64,000 nucleotides of DNA from an uncultured Candidatus Saccharibacteria bacterium. GTDB taxonomy: Bacteria; Patescibacteriota; Minisyncoccia; Phycocordibacterales; UBA2100. The notes under the pieces are model-generated. The model saw nothing but the letters and a program-made list of their open reading frames with translations, had not been told where the DNA came from and searched no databases. The stretch is taken from NCBI GenBank assembly GCA_964534465.1, contig CAZHOB010000001.1, forward strand, positions 33,870-97,869, given 5' to 3'. This document shows, one piece after another, positions 61,416 through 64,000 of the stretch; position 1 is the first letter of the stretch; each line of letters opens with the position of its first letter. The translations under genes were made by a program, and so were the position numbers.

Positions 61416-61969
61416 AGGGCAAAGGATTTGATTGCCTCAGACGCTTCCTGCTTCGTCATATCGCTGACCGACGATGCGTAGTTCTCGCGGTCTGCCTCGC
61501 TCAGATGGAGAGAAGCAAGCTGCAAGAGGTATTCCCGTTGCTTCGGCGTAATCGGCTCGTAATCATGTGCCGGTGCTGCGCTCTCGACATTTCGGATGCT
61601 GTCATACACCTTGGCGGCCTTAACAACACTGTCAGAAATTGCGCCGTTGAAAGCACTGTAGATCGCACGGCTGACGTAGCGGTTGTTGCTCGGGTTGATG
61701 ATCGCACTGCCGCGGCCTTCGGATATGACCTCGCCATTCTTCGTGAGCGTGCAGAGGAATGCGACAACGCCATCGCGCTTCATGGCATCGATAGTCGCCA
61801 CATCTTCTACAACCTTGGCTGTAAGAGTGTGACTACCGACGCATTTCTCTATGAGAGCGCGTATCGGATTTTCCTTATGATTAATGTTGGACGCTATCTT
61901 GCGCACCTCTGCCACTGAACGCGGCTTGGGCTGATACGGGGACGGATAGCGAGTTGTTACGTTTTTCAT
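61412..61969 (-). CDS. Hypothetical protein (185 aa)
   Basis: No recognised motif; start uncertain (overlaps the 3' end of the SymE-like ORF). Confidence 0.4.
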   Translation of the reverse strand: MKNVTTRYPSPYQPKPRSVAEVRKIASNINHKENPIRALIEKCVGSHTLTAKVVEDVATIDAMKRDGVVAFLCTLTKNGEVISEGRGSAIINPSNNRYVSRAIYSAFNGAISDSVVKAAKVYDSIRNVESAAPAHDYEPITPKQREYLLQLASLHLSEADRENYASSVSDMTKQEASEAIKSFAL

Positions 61970-62153
61970 GTTCTTTTATTTTTCTAACGGTAATAAGACC
62001 CCTCGTGTAATAGACCTCTATTTCGGTCCCCACGGCGAATCCCATGTTTTCGAGCTGGCGATTGGCCACTTTCAACATAGGAGTTGTGTCAGTCCCTGGA
62101 GCGCGGGATATGACCATTCTTTTGGAGAGCAGAATACTCTTTATGTGTTCCAT
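61881..62153 (-). CDS. SymE-like (AbrB-fold) toxin-family protein
   Basis: VISRAPGTDTTPMLKVANRQLENMGFAVGTEIEVYYTRGLITVRKI parallels the SymE swapped-hairpin core. Confidence 0.45.
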   Translation of the reverse strand: MEHIKSILLSKRMVISRAPGTDTTPMLKVANRQLENMGFAVGTEIEVYYTRGLITVRKIKEHEKRNNSLSVPVSAQAAFSGRGAQDSVQH

Positions 62154-62364
62154 CGGATGCGTGCATGACTAAACAGCACGCGCTACGACCATGTGCGCGT
62201 AAAAGGTGTGATGCTTTGCTATTAATTAATTCCTTTCACCCATTGAAGTCGTACTGAGCGAACAGCGGGGGTGGAGGGGGGGGTATTTCGGTTGGGACTC
62301 CCACGACATAAGGAACCATGGAGTAGGTCACCCGCACGGACCGCCGAGTGCTAAAATACGTCGT

Positions 62365-62634
62365 ATGTCGGGCTATTTTTGGATACTCGCATTCACTATC
62401 GCCAGCATCATATTCGGGGGGCGGTTAGCCTTTGACGAAAAATTCGTACGAAGGATCTCCAGGGACGAAAAGAGATGGGAAGGTTACCCCGAAGCAAGAA
62501 AATTTTGGACTCCCGAAGCTTATTACCACTACGTCAGATATGGCATTGGCCTGAGCACATTTTGCGGAGGAGTATATGTGCTCGCGGTGGTCTTATACAA
62601 GATGTACACGGTATACTACCTTGGCCAACCATGA
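62365..62634 (+). CDS. Small 2-TM membrane protein
   Basis: 89 aa, ATGA-coupled to the next gene. Confidence 0.4.
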   Translation: MSGYFWILAFTIASIIFGGRLAFDEKFVRRISRDEKRWEGYPEARKFWTPEAYYHYVRYGIGLSTFCGGVYVLAVVLYKMYTVYYLGQP

Positions 62635-63050
62635 ATGAATCGACGTTCACATCACTCGAAAAAGAGGGGGTGAAGTACCTCATAGAGTTCAGCGACTTGT
62701 CTGATGAATCTAAAGAGGTGCTTCGCAAGCAGTTCGAGACGGCAGAGCTCGAAAAAAGGGATGTTGATGGTGCGGGGTTTTTTACATACTTTACTATTCC
62801 CGCCGACGTTCCGCGTTTAGATAAAAAAGAAAGAATTGTATTGGACGCCGTTTCCGTGGATGTAAATGGTGTCGCCAACGCGGGTGCACTTCTTCTTTTT
62901 GTAGATGAAGGGGTCATACATATACTGGAGGGCTTCACGCAGGCCGTCACAGAATGGTCTCCGTACGAGGGCGAGCCATACAAACTCAAACGCATCATAT
63001 GGGAGAAGAAGGAGGATGGCTCAAAGACCGGCGAATCAGTCGACATTTGA
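62631..63050 (+). CDS. Hypothetical protein (139 aa)
   Basis: ATG at 62631 overlapping the upstream stop; no motif. Confidence 0.45.
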   Translation: MNESTFTSLEKEGVKYLIEFSDLSDESKEVLRKQFETAELEKRDVDGAGFFTYFTIPADVPRLDKKERIVLDAVSVDVNGVANAGALLLFVDEGVIHILEGFTQAVTEWSPYEGEPYKLKRIIWEKKEDGSKTGESVDI

Positions 63051-63077
63051 TCACCTGAACTCTAATAGACTGGTGGT

Positions 63078-63443
63078 ATGGCATGGAAACCACCGCTGAA
63101 GCACCTGAAAAGAAAAGAATTGTTAGACAGGGAGCGCTTCTTCCTAATGCTTTCGAAACATAACAATTACATGGATCCGGTGGCGCTGGGGCACGTGTAT
63201 CTATGTATCGTGACCGCAATCATGGAGGATCTGCGCAAGCACAAATTCGTTCGGCTCCCTGTATTGGGTGATCTCGCATTGATACGACAAAAGGCGCGGC
63301 CAGCGTGGGTCGGGAAGGCTCATTGCGTCATCGATGGCCGCGAAGTATTGAAATTCTACCCAAACGAAAGTCTCAGACGGCAGATGAATGCGCGGCAGCC
63401 GATCGTATTCCTCGCACATATGCCTCCACCGCCGATAAAATAG
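63078..63443 (+). CDS. HU/IHF-like (DNABII) DNA-binding protein, putative
   Basis: VRLPVLGDLALIRQKARPAWVGK...VIDGREVLKF resembles the HU beta-arm pattern (V.L.GFG.F.V..R.AR). Confidence 0.35.
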   Translation: MAWKPPLKHLKRKELLDRERFFLMLSKHNNYMDPVALGHVYLCIVTAIMEDLRKHKFVRLPVLGDLALIRQKARPAWVGKAHCVIDGREVLKFYPNESLRRQMNARQPIVFLAHMPPPPIK

Positions 63444-63538
63444 GCGCATCCCTGTTTATCGGGATTGTGTTCAGTACTTGCGCACGGGCGGGCAAAATAT
63501 ATTCGAGCGCTTGCCCCCAAGCGTGGTAATCTTTATTT

Positions 63539-63937
63539 GTGGCAACCGTACAGAGCAAGGCAGGGGTCATTAAGGCTAGCCTGACGTTTTACATTGGTAC
63601 AAATCTTTTTTATGCCGCATTTTATATACTGCCGACATATCTCATTGCGCTCTTCTTACCGAATCTCTATGTCGGTTTTGTCCTTTTGATTTGCGCCCCC
63701 GCTGCTCTCTGGTTTACCATCCAATTCTCGGCCAAGCAGGTGCACAGTGTCTATGAGTTCGACACCCAGAAGGTTTTTCGAGCCGCCTTTGCCTTATTCA
63801 TAGTCATCAATATCGGAGTCGTCTATTACACAAAAATGGCCACTGGCGCATGGTATGTAAGTCTTGCTGACCTCATCAGCATAGCCAACATCATTGTTTA
63901 TTTCGTGGCCGCAAAAAAGTACCTGAATAGAAAATAG
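63539..63937 (+). CDS. Hypothetical 4-TM membrane protein
   Basis: 132 aa, hydrophobic. Confidence 0.45.
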   Translation: MATVQSKAGVIKASLTFYIGTNLFYAAFYILPTYLIALFLPNLYVGFVLLICAPAALWFTIQFSAKQVHSVYEFDTQKVFRAAFALFIVINIGVVYYTKMATGAWYVSLADLISIANIIVYFVAAKKYLNRK

Positions 63938-64000
63938 CGCAGAGGAGCATGGAACCACAGGGGCAAATGAAACTAATGCGACAGCCAACCTCTTACGGCA

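Overview
High-GC (~58%) bacterial chromosomal segment with a reduced, streamlined gene set: small proteins, many 4-nt ATGA stop/start overlaps, a minimal pyruvate kinase and a type IV pilin. It is probably from a Candidate Phyla Radiation / Patescibacteria-like organism, but that placement is tentative.

Housekeeping content: the division/cell-wall genes are split into two blocks (mraY-ftsW-murG at 0-3 kb on the + strand; mraZ-rsmH-ftsL-ftsI-murF at 45-50 kb on the - strand). Also present are gltX, cysS, leuS, rpmA, rplI, ctp, ychF, an ABC-F ATPase, a complete F1Fo ATP synthase operon, ahcY with a PfkB-family kinase, and a glycerate-to-pyruvate operon (2-hydroxyacid dehydrogenase, glycerate kinase, enolase, pyruvate kinase). 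One tRNA-Glu(CUC) was found. No CRISPR array, rRNA, transposase or integrase was seen.

Most notable findings:
1. The leucyl-tRNA synthetase (1129 aa) carries two in-frame inserted hydrolase domains. A YdeN/RBBP9-type alpha/beta serine hydrolase with an intact Ser-Asp-His triad sits immediately before the CP1 editing domain, and a Nudix hydrolase sits in the leucyl-specific region.
2. A cGAS/DncV-like nucleotidyltransferase (GS...SDVDL...DVVPAF) lies at 59.5-62.2 kb in a tightly coupled minus-strand operon with multi-TM proteins, a small TM protein, an unknown 185-aa protein and a SymE-like toxin. This looks like a CBASS-like defence island.
3. Three separate cases show a short segment of a gene's 3' end duplicated downstream, flanking inserted DNA, which looks like site-specific insertion footprints. 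They are the M23 peptidase end (32 bp) flanking 1.3 kb of cargo, the ahcY end (13 bp) flanking a 50-bp palindromic element that has a second copy fused to the atpH 3' end, and the tRNA-Glu 3' region (~30 bp) flanking a TolB-like gene.
4. Twin 30-bp perfect palindromes flank an ArsR-family regulator gene.
5. Several intergenic regions (1.5-1.9 kb, 7.65-8.0 kb, 33.93-34.06 kb) are packed with long perfect hairpins.

Many long antisense ORFs in the six-frame track are shadow ORFs of the high-GC genes and are not reported.
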